DNA of 63,996 nucleotides, counting the filler, from Dirinaria sp. TL-2023a (Eukaryota): assembly GCA_051941275.1 (NCBI GenBank). It is 5 parts of 5 records of this genome, joined end to end, with 100 filler letters (N's around TTAATTAATTAA, not from the genome) between each part and the next. Parts side by side here need not be neighbours in the genome. Positions count along the whole stretch, not along the records: positions 52,866 to 63,996 come from JAVEBF010000871.1; 4 more parts are not named here. One strand, 5' to 3'. This document shows positions 52,766 through 63,996 of the stretch, one piece after another; position 1 is the first letter of the stretch, and every line of letters begins with the position of its first letter. The position numbers and the translations under genes were made by a program. The notes under the pieces were generated by a model. It did no database searches and was not told where the DNA came from. It saw only the letters and a program-made list of their open reading frames with translations.

Positions 52766-52865
52766 NNNNNNNNNNNNNNNNNNNNNNNNNNNNNNNNNNN
52801 NNNNNNNNNTTAATTAATTAANNNNNNNNNNNNNNNNNNNNNNNNNNNNNNNNNNNNNNNNNNNN
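52766..52865. other. Artificial contig linker
   Basis: Same spacer. Confidence 0.97.
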
Positions 52866-53007
52866 GCGTTGGGCTGTTCGTGGGGGAGGGGGAGCGGTGG
52901 AGGGAGGAGAAGACGAATTCTGGGGAGTGGAGGTGCGTTAGGTGGGAGAGGAAGGTGGATTTCCAGGGCGCGGTGGGGACGTGGGTTTGGGTTGTTGTGG
53001 TGGACAT
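52866..53007 (-). CDS. 5' end of a pyridoxamine 5'-phosphate oxidase-like FMN-binding protein, cut by the gap
   Basis: APWKSTFLSHL..SPEFVFSSL resembles the N-terminus of fungal PNPOx-like proteins. Confidence 0.55.
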
Positions 53008-54189
53008 GGTGTGTAGGAGGGAGAGGAGGCGGTGGCGGGTTGGGGAAGCTATTGTGATGGCAACTTTTCGAATGAGGTTTTTATTTGGGTGGAAGTAGAG
53101 GATGAGGGAGTTCTTGGGAAGGGATTGAAATGCTGTTGCTTGTGGTAGTTTTTCGCAGGTTTATGAGAATCTTCAATCATGACGTCTAGATTTAAATCTA
53201 ATCAGATCTGGTGCGGTTTTTCTTATCATATCTCCGCTAGATCTGGGATTATCTCCATACTTCTCTATGGGCTTTGAACGAGCGTTCTATTCAGAGCTTG
53301 ATTAAATCAAAAGACTGCATCTGTGGCCGTAATTGATAGTGATCCTCCTTGGCTATCAACTCAAAGAAACGAAAAGTTCTCCGCAACATGTCGCATGGAT
53401 GCCTCCGCAGTAGAACTCCATCAATTTGTGATTCAAAGGATTTATCGGACCTCAAGCTGAACCTTTGAGCGTTCTCGCCTCTGTATCTCAAAGCGCGTTC
53501 AACCCAGTGCTTCATTGCAGAAACAACGTCGTCTGCATAACTGGGTTTCTTAAGCCGTGTCGAAGAAATATCTTCCTTGAGATATAAGGATTTCCGGTTT
53601 GGTATTTTAACCATGTGTGTGCATTCTAATCAACGACCATTACTGACCCATCGTCAATCCGTCAAGGCGTGTTTTTGTCATGGTTGTGATGTCTTTTGAT
53701 TTTCCGGGGAAAAGAGCGGAGAATGATGGTGTTTCGGAGAAAGCGATTTTGAGCCGGATGAGCTTCGCTTGCGGGTAATAGTACACTCCCGGAAAAGTTT
53801 GGTTTATACTGAGGAAATTAATGTCTAGTCTGAAGGCAAGATCTTTACGAGCTGGTATATATTGAATGCTAGTCCGCAGTCCTTTTCTCGAGACAAATCT
53901 TGCTTCCTCCTGCATTCTATATACACGCGGGTGTTAATCCTGAATGACATTCAATCGAAAGTTCAAGTTGGTATTAAACTACCTAGTGAGACAACACCCT
54001 CCCCCCTCCTCCTTCCCTCCTTCTCAATCTCACTTTCCTCCTCCCGATCTCTGCCCCTCTCTCCTCTGCTTCTCCGCCTCCTCGGACTGTTGAAGACCGT
54101 TAGATCGTCACAATATCAGAACAGACGACGACGACGAAACGTACATTTTTATTTGATCTTTTCTTCGTCAAAACTTCCAGTCGAGTCTT

Positions 54190-54433
54190 CTTTTGTGCTG
54201 TATTCAGCACGTCCCCAAATTTCCCAACATCGACCCGTCTGGAAACCGTCAACTCGTTATACTTTGATGGTGGGTAATAAGGAAGCGTACCTCCTTCTCT
54301 TGTTCCTTTCGGAACATCTACAAGCGGTTTTTCTTCTGTGCTGTTTCCAGCACCTCCCCAAGTTTCCCAACACCGACCCATCTGGAAACCGTCAACTCGT
54401 TATAGTTTGATGGTGGGTGATAAGGAAGCGTAC
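54190..54433. repeat. 143-bp-period direct repeat containing two near-identical 52-nt intron-like segments
   Basis: 54239-54290 and 54382-54433 differ at only 2 of 52 positions. Confidence 0.9.
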
Positions 54434-54819
54434 ACGCTTTTTTTTTATTTCGAACTTTTTTAGCCGACCGTTCTCTTGTGCTGCGCACAGCACGTCTTCG
54501 AGACCTTGCTGGAAAGAGGTAGGAGGTGGTTGTGTGGAGTCGTTGTGTGTTGATGAATATATATAAATATATCGAGAGCGAAGTATGGCTGATGATCGTA
54601 GTGGGCGTAGGAGGGGATAAAGATTCTCATCTATCTTCGTTCATGGGCTTCTGGTGGCGGTGCTTCGATTCATTGTATTTCTGTAGGAGCCGGGGGAGAG
54701 ATGCGCCCTTTTGTGCGGCCCAAGTAGTACGGCTGACCCCGTACTACTTGACCTTCTGTAGGAACTTGGGGTCCTGCCCCTTTTTTGGATCAAACGGTAC
54801 GGGGTCAGCCGTACCCTTG

Positions 54820-54872
54820 TCCTTGGATTCGTCCTTGGACTTGTCCGTGCTCTTGTCCGTGCTCTTGTCCGT
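54820..54872. repeat. Degenerate 12-bp tandem repeat (encodes TDKS/KDES on the minus strand)
   Basis: gtccttggattc gtccttggactt gtccgtgctctt gtccgtgctctt gtccg. Confidence 0.8.
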
Positions 54873-56134
54873 AATCTGATTTGTTTCGGAGGAGGACTGA
54901 AACATGTTAGAAAAGGATCAAGAAGAGAGAGATGCTTTGAAATCTACCGTCCGTTCAGCGGAGTCCTCCTCCTTCGTCGAAAAGTGGTGAGATTTTTCTT
55001 CTGGCATTTTTAGTAGTTGATGGAAGAGGAGGTGATACAATAGATGATAGAGCAGTCTTTATATAATACATGAGGAGCGTTATAATAGTCATCAAGAGTG
55101 AATGACAGGTGTGAAAGGAACAATAGACTGGAAATTCAACACGAAGCCGCTGTTACTATTATCTTGATGAAGCCTCCAGGACTTCATGTGATGTATTCAT
55201 TGCTCAGGGAGCGATTCAATATGAGTAACGATTCATTGCCTGAATATGTGAAACAACAGAATAGAGTTGTAACGATAGCATGACATCCAATTCCGTGTAG
55301 TTCAGCACGGAATGTTGACATTGTAAGAAAATAAGTCCTTTCGTTGCAGCCAGTCTCGATATACAATGCAACGTTCAATCACGATGAGCTAAGGAAGAAC
55401 ATCTAACAATGTGGGTAGTGAGCGCAGAGATCAAAGTGAGCTGCGTCTCCAAACAAAGCCCAGCAATAGAGCCGTGGCTTTATAGAGAGAAAGCAACAGA
55501 TTGTTGCTTCTTTTCCTTCACCACGAAGTTCCAGTTCTCGAGTGATTTGACTGTGCTGACACTTTATGAATAGGAAACGTCACGCAACCTCTTGATAGAC
55601 CTCGGCACGGTGGAATTTGCAACACTAATCACGGCTTGTGAACAAAGAGGGAAGTGTGGCTACTATTCAATACTTTTTAAGTGAACTGTTATGCCAAGCA
55701 TTATTCCGTCTTAATGGAGGAGTGAGAGAAGATGCCTTTGCATAGTTATGAAATAAACGCCGGTGTTACTCGTCACATGGTATGCTAGCTGTTGCCAAGC
55801 CATCGCTCTGTGAGTGTAGCAGCAACGTCCTGCATAACGTGATGTAAGATCAACAATGATCTATTCATACTCACCTCCATCTCTTCTTCATTGAAGTACT
55901 GTGTATCAGCAGATTCAATTCACGGTCACTACTTTCGGAGTGGCAACCATGTATGCTTACTCGCCAAACCCTTCAATTTTGAAGTTTTGTGTCACTACCC
56001 AAGAAATCTTCAGTAGTCGAGCAAGCGTAAAAATCTCCTGTTTTCAATACTTTCGGCCTTTGACCGAGTTAAGCACGAGTAGTAAAGTCGGTCATTGATA
56101 CTTTGCATGCATTGCAACCGCTGTTTGATTAGTG

Positions 56135-59100
56135 TTAACTATGGCCGTCCACAATGATGGTTGATTGATGGTCACAGCGAGCCGTGCGCATCTTATCAAT
56201 CAGCGAGTCCCACGTGAAAGGTAGTAACATGGTCTCTGGGCGACGGTCTTTGCACAAAAAGACCAATCTCACCACATCTAAAGCACTCCCGTGGCCTACA
56301 ATGACCGTGGGTGTCGTCGTTGCTAAATAGGTCGGTAGCATTATTTCCATGAACGTAAAGCTTGGATATTGTGAGTCGCAGACATCTAGATGGAAACGAC
56401 CCTCTGCACAGCCAATCTGTAGGTAGGTGGTCTCGCTCTGCCAGAGGGTAGAGTGCATGAGGTCCAGAGGTTGAAGAGTCTTTGGTAGAGTTGGCGAACA
56501 GCTTTGTTCGAGGACGGACCGCATTACTCCGCAGTCGCTAAAATCCGAAACATTGCGCAAATGCCAAATTATGGTTCTCGCTTGCCGTGGTTTTGGATTA
56601 CGCTGAACATTGATAAAGCTTCCGCAATCCGAGAAATACGCAGACAAGCCCATCTTATGCTCGAAACATGCTGTCGCATCTGTCATATGGCACTCAGTAA
56701 ATCTTCCACATCCATAATTCTTGAGCAATCGACCTACCCTCGTAGTCAGAGAATACGATGTCGTCAAGCATGATCCAGTGACTATCATCTCTCTCGAAGA
56801 CTACGAAGTAACACTTGAAGGTTGCAATGCAATTAGATGAAGGATTCGGACGCGAAATATTCATGCCGACAACAGCAAGCACTTGCAGTCTAGGATGAAA
56901 CGCCGTATCAAGCCAATCATACTCTGTTGAACGTATTTTTTTTGGAATCTTGACAGACAAAGCATGCTCGACCTGGAGGTCCAAGTAGTAAATTCTGAGG
57001 TGAGGCTTTCGATATGGCTCGACCATGCCAGTGTCGGCGTTTGAAATGTATTTATTCGAGGCGCTGAAGTCCATCCGTAAATTAGATTGGTTACCATCAT
57101 GCTTGAAGGGTAAAACTATGGGCTCAGCCACCAGCTTATCGTCCGGAACGTAGTAGCATACTTCATCTATGACGATGAGTTCTAGATCTGGACTCACACA
57201 GATTCGATGTGCGCCTAATAAGCGTGCGAAAGACTTGACTGGCTGTAGCAATACTGTTCGGCTTTGGAAGGGCTCTTCCAGTTCGTAATATTCAATTGTC
57301 CACCTGAATGCATCAGCACTGTACAGCGATTCATCTATCTGTGCCTTTTGGGACATCGGTAAGGCTAAGGACACAATATATGCTTATGACTTGTATCATA
57401 CACTTACATATGTCTCTTGGGATCCCGCAAAGGGTGAATGATTACGACCAAGCAATCACCGTCTACAGACACTTGCTGCTTGCAGACGAAGCCGAGCATA
57501 TTATTATGACTCAAAGGTGTCCTAAGGTACTGAAGATCAACCTTGATCCAATTATCGCTTGTTGCTAAGTAGGCAGGCTCGTCAATTTTGCTCAAGTAGA
57601 ATCCGTATATATTTACCAAACCAGTAGATATCCTGGCTTCCGCCTTTTCAGAGAGGCCAATCCATTTACCAATGTGGGCATTCGCACGGTTGTCGCTAGG
57701 TGGGAAGATCGCAATTAAACACTGTTCATCCGCAGAGAACCTGAGACGTGAGCCAAAGGGTTTCTCAATCCACTCAGAGTTCCTTAAGGATTTTGTAGTG
57801 TTCGTAGTGAAATCGTGCAGTAGGCATGTCGTATGGCTCTTAGTGTCTTGTAAGACTACAAAGCTGCCCAGCGGACTGACGCATGCCATGACCGCTTCAG
57901 AGCATGGTAAAGTAGCTGTTACGGAGGAGCCATCAGATAGTTGCAATCTGATCAACTTCCTATTCAGTCGATCCAAGAGCACTTGTGTTTGGTTCTGGGC
58001 AACAAAGGCTACGCCGCCGAAAGATTCGGAGCTCTTCAAGGACTGAACGCTATCTAAAACTTTGTGGCCACTCAGAGGGCTGAAAGACTGATCAATGGAC
58101 CCAGAGAAGATGTTTATACGTCCGTAAGGGCAGATGATGGTATAGTCGGTATCGAATGCAAGTGGCTGAGGGCAGTATACCAAGTAACGACTCTCGAACG
58201 AAAAGTTCGTCACAGCCTTACCCCACGAAGTATCGTTATCGTATTCGACGTTAGCTCTTTCAAATAGCTCGTACACAAAGAGGTGGTGCTTTTGATCGAC
58301 CAGCTTGTCCCACTCTGGGCTGGGAGCACTCCGATATAATATCGCCATATGCTTGCCGCCCGGGGTAATACTATAGCCTTCACACCTGTAGTGCCTTCCT
58401 TCTTCGCAAATAGACACCATCGGTTGCAACGATTGACCGTCTGAGAGATACTGGCAATACAGCTTTGGCACTGTACAGACATAATCCGTTGAAAGAGCAA
58501 TTCTACGGCCCATGTCTATATGAAATAAACCTAGCGTTTCACCAGTAAATCGGTGGTAGTTAGGTTTTCGAGTCTTTTTACAGAACCTTTGAGGGTTGCG
58601 GTGACTCCTAGTTTCAATGCGAGAATGTGGTATATGTATCAGCGGTCGATGTGGTACAAAATTTGAAAAGAATCCATGGTCATCTTGCTCTTCTTCGAAC
58701 GAGGCTGGGTCAACGAAATGAATGTATGACGGTTCATCCTCGCAAGGGCGACCATGTCTTTCTAGGAGTTGTGACATAGCTTTACTCCAGTGATAGACAA
58801 ACGAAGCACAGCATGTTCGCTTTTCTTGCCCACAGCCTTCGAGCTCCCATGAGATATGATGTTCTATTTTCCGTATTTGCTGATATAATGACCAGGGATC
58901 TCTTTTATTCATTGAGTACCATGCTTCTAGCCAGTACAGCAGGTCCACGCTAAGACAGAAACTAACAAGCCTGTCAGGTGCCGCATCCCAGAGCGAGCAA
59001 CGGCATTCTCCAAGGTGGAAAAGCCAATTAGACACAGCATATCGCAAAAAAGGATGTCGCTCGTTGAGCTTTGGAACATCGAGCCGCCTCCACTTGTCAT

Positions 59101-61207
59101 GCATCGTTGTACTAAGCTCTCTGAAACAGGAGTTCATGTACTGAATGCAGCTGAGAGCAAAGGCCATGCTGTCCTCAGGCAAATCAACCAAGAACGCGTC
59201 CAGCTTTGGATCTGTTCGAAACTCAGGTGGTGTATTTCGTAGGAATTGTGACAGCGACAGGTGTGCCGGTTAGAGAGTCTGGTTCTCGTGCACAACAAGT
59301 GAGCCACATAAGCTGACCATTGCTTCCCTGGACAAGAAAAATTCCTCGTCATACTTAGTGTTTGACGCCGATCCAGTGTACTGTAGCTTCAGTATCTCCA
59401 AGACTTCCTCTACAGAGAGAGGTCGCGGGACGCACGTAATCCACCGCAGAACGGTGCGATATATGCTCACTGTAGACTTGTCACATTCATCCGCGTACCT
59501 TTTTAGAACAGATGAGTAAAGATTCACGATGCCGGTTGGTGTCTGACCTATGGTATCCACCATCTCGGTGACTGTGAGTTTGGTCTCTGCTTCTTCAAGT
59601 AATAGCTTTACCCACAGAAAAGATCCTTCAGAACGTGTTAGAAGGAACCGAGGAAGCTCCACACCAAATATTTGTGCAAACTTATTGGCAAGGTCGGATT
59701 TTGATAGCTTCCAGCTTTCACTGAGCCGGCGATTGATGAACGTTGCCATGTCATTCTGGTTTTCTCGAGCTCCAAATTGGATACGTAAGCTTTTCTCCAA
59801 TTGCCGGTTGACCTCTAACTCCGGGCGGCTGAGAACGATAATCCGAGCTCCTCCATTGGCGCTGACGCCCTTAAGGCCAAATACAAATGCTTCTGCATCA
59901 AGACACACATCCAACGCATCAATGACAATGGCTCTTTTCAACCCCATATTGACATGCTTAGAAAATATGGACCATAAAGAATTGAAATTCCTAGCTCTGT
60001 CCTGCCCACTCGCATGTTTGTGCTCAACTAGGTCTTGGTAAAGTTTATCGTTACCTGAGGGCTGTGATCTGAGAAGTTGATACGTGAGTGAGCAAGCTGC
60101 TGCCACATGGGTGCACCTCTCAAGATAGACGTAATTGAACATGAAGAAAAGCACCGCACCAAAGTCAGGTTTGGAGGAAAGATGGTCGACAATGTACGAG
60201 CTCATGATTGTCTTGCCAGCACCTGGGCCTGCTGAGATCCAAAGCAAATTTTGCTGAGGTTGGCTGTTGGCTTCTGACCAGGTCTTGAATTGTTGCATCC
60301 TTGTCATCCACTCGCACGTATCGGCGTAACGAAGGTCCCGTGCACTTTTTAGCTCATTTTCGTACTCTCCAATCTCAAAATGTTCGGGTGAGAGCCATCG
60401 AAGCAGACTTGAGGCTTCATTCTTCTGGTCGGACTGAAGAAGGGCTGCAGAATTTAGCAGATCATCTAGCACCGAATCCGGGTCAGCGTACCCTGAAGCT
60501 TATTACCCTGGGTCCTCACTTCGCCTGCCTGAAGAGTGTTGGCAGAGGCTTTCAAAATCCTATGAGACACGTCCATCCGATCCTCAAATTTTTTAAACTC
60601 AAGGTCATAGCCTGATAGGAACGATCGAAAGAGGATCAATAATCGGTTGCGTTGGTAAAACTTCAGCACACGGCTCCAGAAGTCTATCATAGATTTATAG
60701 AAGCTAATGAGGTAGCCCTTGAATTCATCGGAGTCGCACCAGACGCTGGCGTGTAGCTCGACCACTGAGAGCCGATCTCCCATCATTATTAGAGCCACAA
60801 GTAATCGCTCATAAGCTGAATTATAGTTCTCGAACATCTACAGTCATCCAATGTCAGCGGTGAAACGGCAATTTTTCTAGAACCAGGGAGGTATTGACCT
60901 TAAGAGCCAGCCTGATCGAGCCCCAAATAAGACAGCCTGGCATAGGCGTGCCTTGGGCGATGAGATCGAGCGCGGATTGATATTTCTCGAAACGAAAACC
61001 AAAGCTAGATACTTTGCTTAGGAGCTGCCTAATTTTGCTTCTGTGTTCTTTGTTCTGTCGTTGCTTTATGTAGTCGAGTAAATCTCTCGGCTGCGTGAAT
61101 GGTTTTATTTCGGCCACGGTTTTTGGATCGAGCTCCTGCTCGCATTCGCTGATAGCGATCAGCCATGCATTCTGATGCTGTAGGGCCAAGGTATTGATCG
61201 ATGCCAT
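56135..61207 (-). pseudogene. Fungal NLR: helical N-terminal domain + NACHT + winged helix + long C-terminal beta-rich region; premature TAA at 59270-59272
   Basis: N-terminus ..LDLIAQGTPMPGCLIWGSIRLAL; RYADTCEW, WISAGPGAGKT (Walker A), IVIDALDVC (Walker B), IIVLSRPE, SEGSFLWVKL, RPLSVEEV, CGSLV, then TL*PAHLSLSQFL in frame, and HPFLRYAVSNWLFHL. Several GT..AG introns. Confidence 0.85.
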
Positions 61208-63996
61208 TGCTACGGGATAGCAGGTAGGCTCTCGATCACAAAGGATATACAAGAGGGGAAAAGAGAACGTCAGCAAGGAGCGCCAAAAGGCACTTTTAGC
61301 GCCTTCTGGGTGCATTGCCAGCACTATATATTTTGAGAACTCAAATCGTAAATGATAGGTTCATACTATGATGTGCGCCACACACTTTCCGGTAGCTGCG
61401 CCTAGCAAATGCTGGTACCCGCCGATGAGTATCGTATCGGACTGCCTCGGACTGTTTGTGGAGGGCATACAGTTTTAGCGAACGATTACGCCTGCTTCCA
61501 TGAAGTACGAGCCGCTTGCTGAGCAAAGAAGTTTGCTTCGAATCTACCCTATCAGGCTTTGTTGTTCGGGCTTTAGACACGTAAGGCATACTGAAGATTT
61601 TCGCCAGCTGATAGGCTCTCGCTGCCTGCTTTTGCATTCAGCCCGGCCGGTGGCATGCAGCAATCCCCATTTAATGTTTTTACGCAACATTGTCAGCCAA
61701 TGACTATGAGACAATGGGGTAGGAAGGTGTCGAACAGCAATTTGTGCCAAAAGGGGCCCCAACGGTTGGTAGGTGATTATTGCTGTATGTGTTCGTTTAT
61801 TTTTTCCGACAGAAGGGATTCTGCGATGCCATACAGGATTTCTCGTCCTTGAGTCTCGTGGTCGTCGGCCCGATCGTTCAGCCTCGATTACGCTGCCCAC
61901 CCAGCAACAGTGCAACCTCTAGCAATGACTTTGAGCTATAGCAATTCCAACACTCAATTCGTTCTAGACCCCCGACATCCGCCATGCAGCATAAAAAAGA
62001 ATATGACATTGTCAACAGATCCCAAAGCTCACCTAGTGGGCTCACCGACGAACGCTCGTCGCTGAGTGAGGTGAATGTGCCACAGCGGTGAAAGTCAAGA
62101 TCAAGAACATGTATACTATGCGACATAGGCGGTATCGTAGAACACACCATACGATTCCCAAAATTATCCCGGGCTTGTCTGGTCATACAATGTCAAGCTG
62201 CGAAAGAAGGTCTATATTAGCGCCAGCGGTGCATCGACATGGATATATAGGTAGGAAAGGATATTATATCGGCATCATTACAGGCCAATGTGGATCAGCA
62301 AGCTGTGGGAGTGCAAGACCCACGGCCGCTTGAGGTCTAGTCACGTGTATAGCCAAGATGGGCAGCTCAGGCAAGGCGAATGCCAAGAAACACGTGACTT
62401 TTCGGAGATGACTCTGCCTTTGTCGCCTTCCTCCTTTACTCCTTCTCAGCATCGCTCTATCGCAACAGTGAGAGTATTTGACGTATTCCAGTCATCCTGA
62501 GACTCTGTAACAGCTGGATTTGAAAGCGAGACCAAGAAGCTAAATTTTGCTTACAACAAACACTCCCGGGGCCACCCAAGTTCTCCAGGACATATCAATT
62601 CTTTGCTGGCGAATCTAATCAAGTGCTCATAATTTTTGGTAGAATTATGACCAAAATGCATTTCGGTGACCTAGAATTTGTTTTTTGAGAAATCCAAGCA
62701 CGTCTTAATTCAAAGTTCAATCGTCAATCTCTATTCAGCGCCAGATTCGAATAGCTGTTGCTACATAAGTAGACTAGCTGAGGCAAAAAGAGAAGTCTGT
62801 CGCCATTTCAAGAAAGACCTTGATTCGTATTGATTCTAATTAGAGTCATATATTCTCGAGGAAGACCCTCATGGCCAGTGCGTACATAATTCCGTTGAGA
62901 AAAGCATGCAACTAGTCTCATGTTCCCTTTTTGCTTCTGCGAGAAAACCCAGCAACGAGCAGATCCTCTGATGTATGTGTTAACATGAAGTACTCCAATT
63001 TTTATTTCTTAATTACTATTCTTTCGCTAGGGGAAATTCAAGTCTTCCGCCAGGTGAATCCTCACCGAGCGCGGGTCGATTACCTCATGCGGTGGAGTTG
63101 AGAATGGCTTGCAGCGGCATTCTCGACTGGTGTCTCTCAGATTTGGAGACTGTATCAAACAGCTCTACTACAGCTTCTTACTCGCCATCCTTTCTTCTAG
63201 GTCGTCCGAATTCTCGGCTCGGTGTATTCTCATCGGGCTTCAATCTTCTTCGCGGGACTGCAGAGCTAGGATACCTTTTGGCCAACGAGCTTCTTTAGAT
63301 GCAGTCACTTTCTTGTCCTGTTTGTCGTTGTTGAGCTTGATTCCTATTTGAATTGCAGCATGCCCTATCCAAACTTACCCAATGTCTCCGTTCTACCTTA
63401 GGCTTGCAAGAGTACCAACATTATTGCTGTGGACGTCAATCATGCGATTCGAAAACACCTTAGCTGTGGGTGCCGAAGACGATCTCGGGTAGTGCTATTC
63501 CTTTAAAAATTGCTGGATGGCTACCCCATGCTTAAGGCGTCTTAGGCTGTACTTTAGGTAGGGTCTGACTACGCACGGTTTATTAACATTAAGCGGCTGT
63601 GTTAGGAGATACTTGAGGCGTGACTGACTCTTTTGCCCACCAGATTCTGAGACTCCAGCGGATCAAGTCTTAAAGTGCCAGCCGTAGAGATAATGCATCA
63701 GCTCATCGCTTGCTCTTGTCAAAAGCTTATCTGAAAAGACGAATAGCAAACACATACTTGTATTCATTCAATATCATCAAGCATACTCAACTTTGATCAA
63801 ATTATTCAGAGTTAAGTTGTCGTCATCTCAAAACTCATCAGTGCACCTCCCGATATGGTTACTGATTTCAAAGATTTGGTAGCTGGGGTCTATATACGTG
63901 TTTTAAAGTGAAAAAGTCACATGGATAAGAGAGGTATATGATCTTTCATCGAAGGTTTCCATTATTACCCTATTGCTCCTCCTTTCTCTCCCCTCC

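Larger units (their letters stand above)
53291..55007 (-). pseudogene. Multi-exon hypothetical gene or relic with internal repeats
   Basis: ATG near 55007, several GT..CAG introns with branch sites, TDKS repeats and duplicated exon-intron units. Frames do not splice cleanly and the exon 54291-54381 carries a TAG in the frame homologous to its neighbours. Confidence 0.4.

Noticed and set aside
56694..56788. Apparent frameshift between two NLR C-terminal ORFs
   Set aside because: A phase-1 intron (GTAGGT..CTGAG..CAG) joins DYE to DATAC in frame.

Overview
Eukaryotic DNA from a filamentous ascomycete (short GT-AG introns with CTAAC/CTGAC branch sites; a lichen-forming Lecanoromycete is plausible but inferred). 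The window is not one locus. Five pieces are joined by four identical 100-nt linkers (N-run, TTAATTAATTAA, N-run). Piece lengths fall steadily (>=13125, 13121, 13114, 13105 nt), which indicates a size-sorted concatenation of unplaced contigs. Piece 1 holds a ferritin-like (Rds1-type) secreted protein, a secreted EEP-family nuclease with an internal stop and eroded active site, NCE102, and a half-zinc-cluster protein. Piece 2 holds a SHE4/CRO1 myosin chaperone, an SNF2 ATPase with PHD-like fingers, POP4, PAN6 and DBP7. Piece 3 holds a probable RPL42 5' end, tRNA-Leu(UAA), a 2H phosphoesterase and a complete DNMT5 (C5-methyltransferase-SNF2-RING fusion). Piece 4 holds a small CxxC protein, 6-phosphogluconolactonase, an RRM protein, DPM2 and CWC22. 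Piece 5 is accessory-like: a PNPOx-like 5' end, a gene relic with duplicated intron-exon units, a large NACHT NLR with a premature stop, and degenerate relics. The main points of interest are DNMT5, the pseudo-nuclease, the stop-interrupted NLR and the duplicated near-identical introns. All family calls come from motif recognition; no database search was run.
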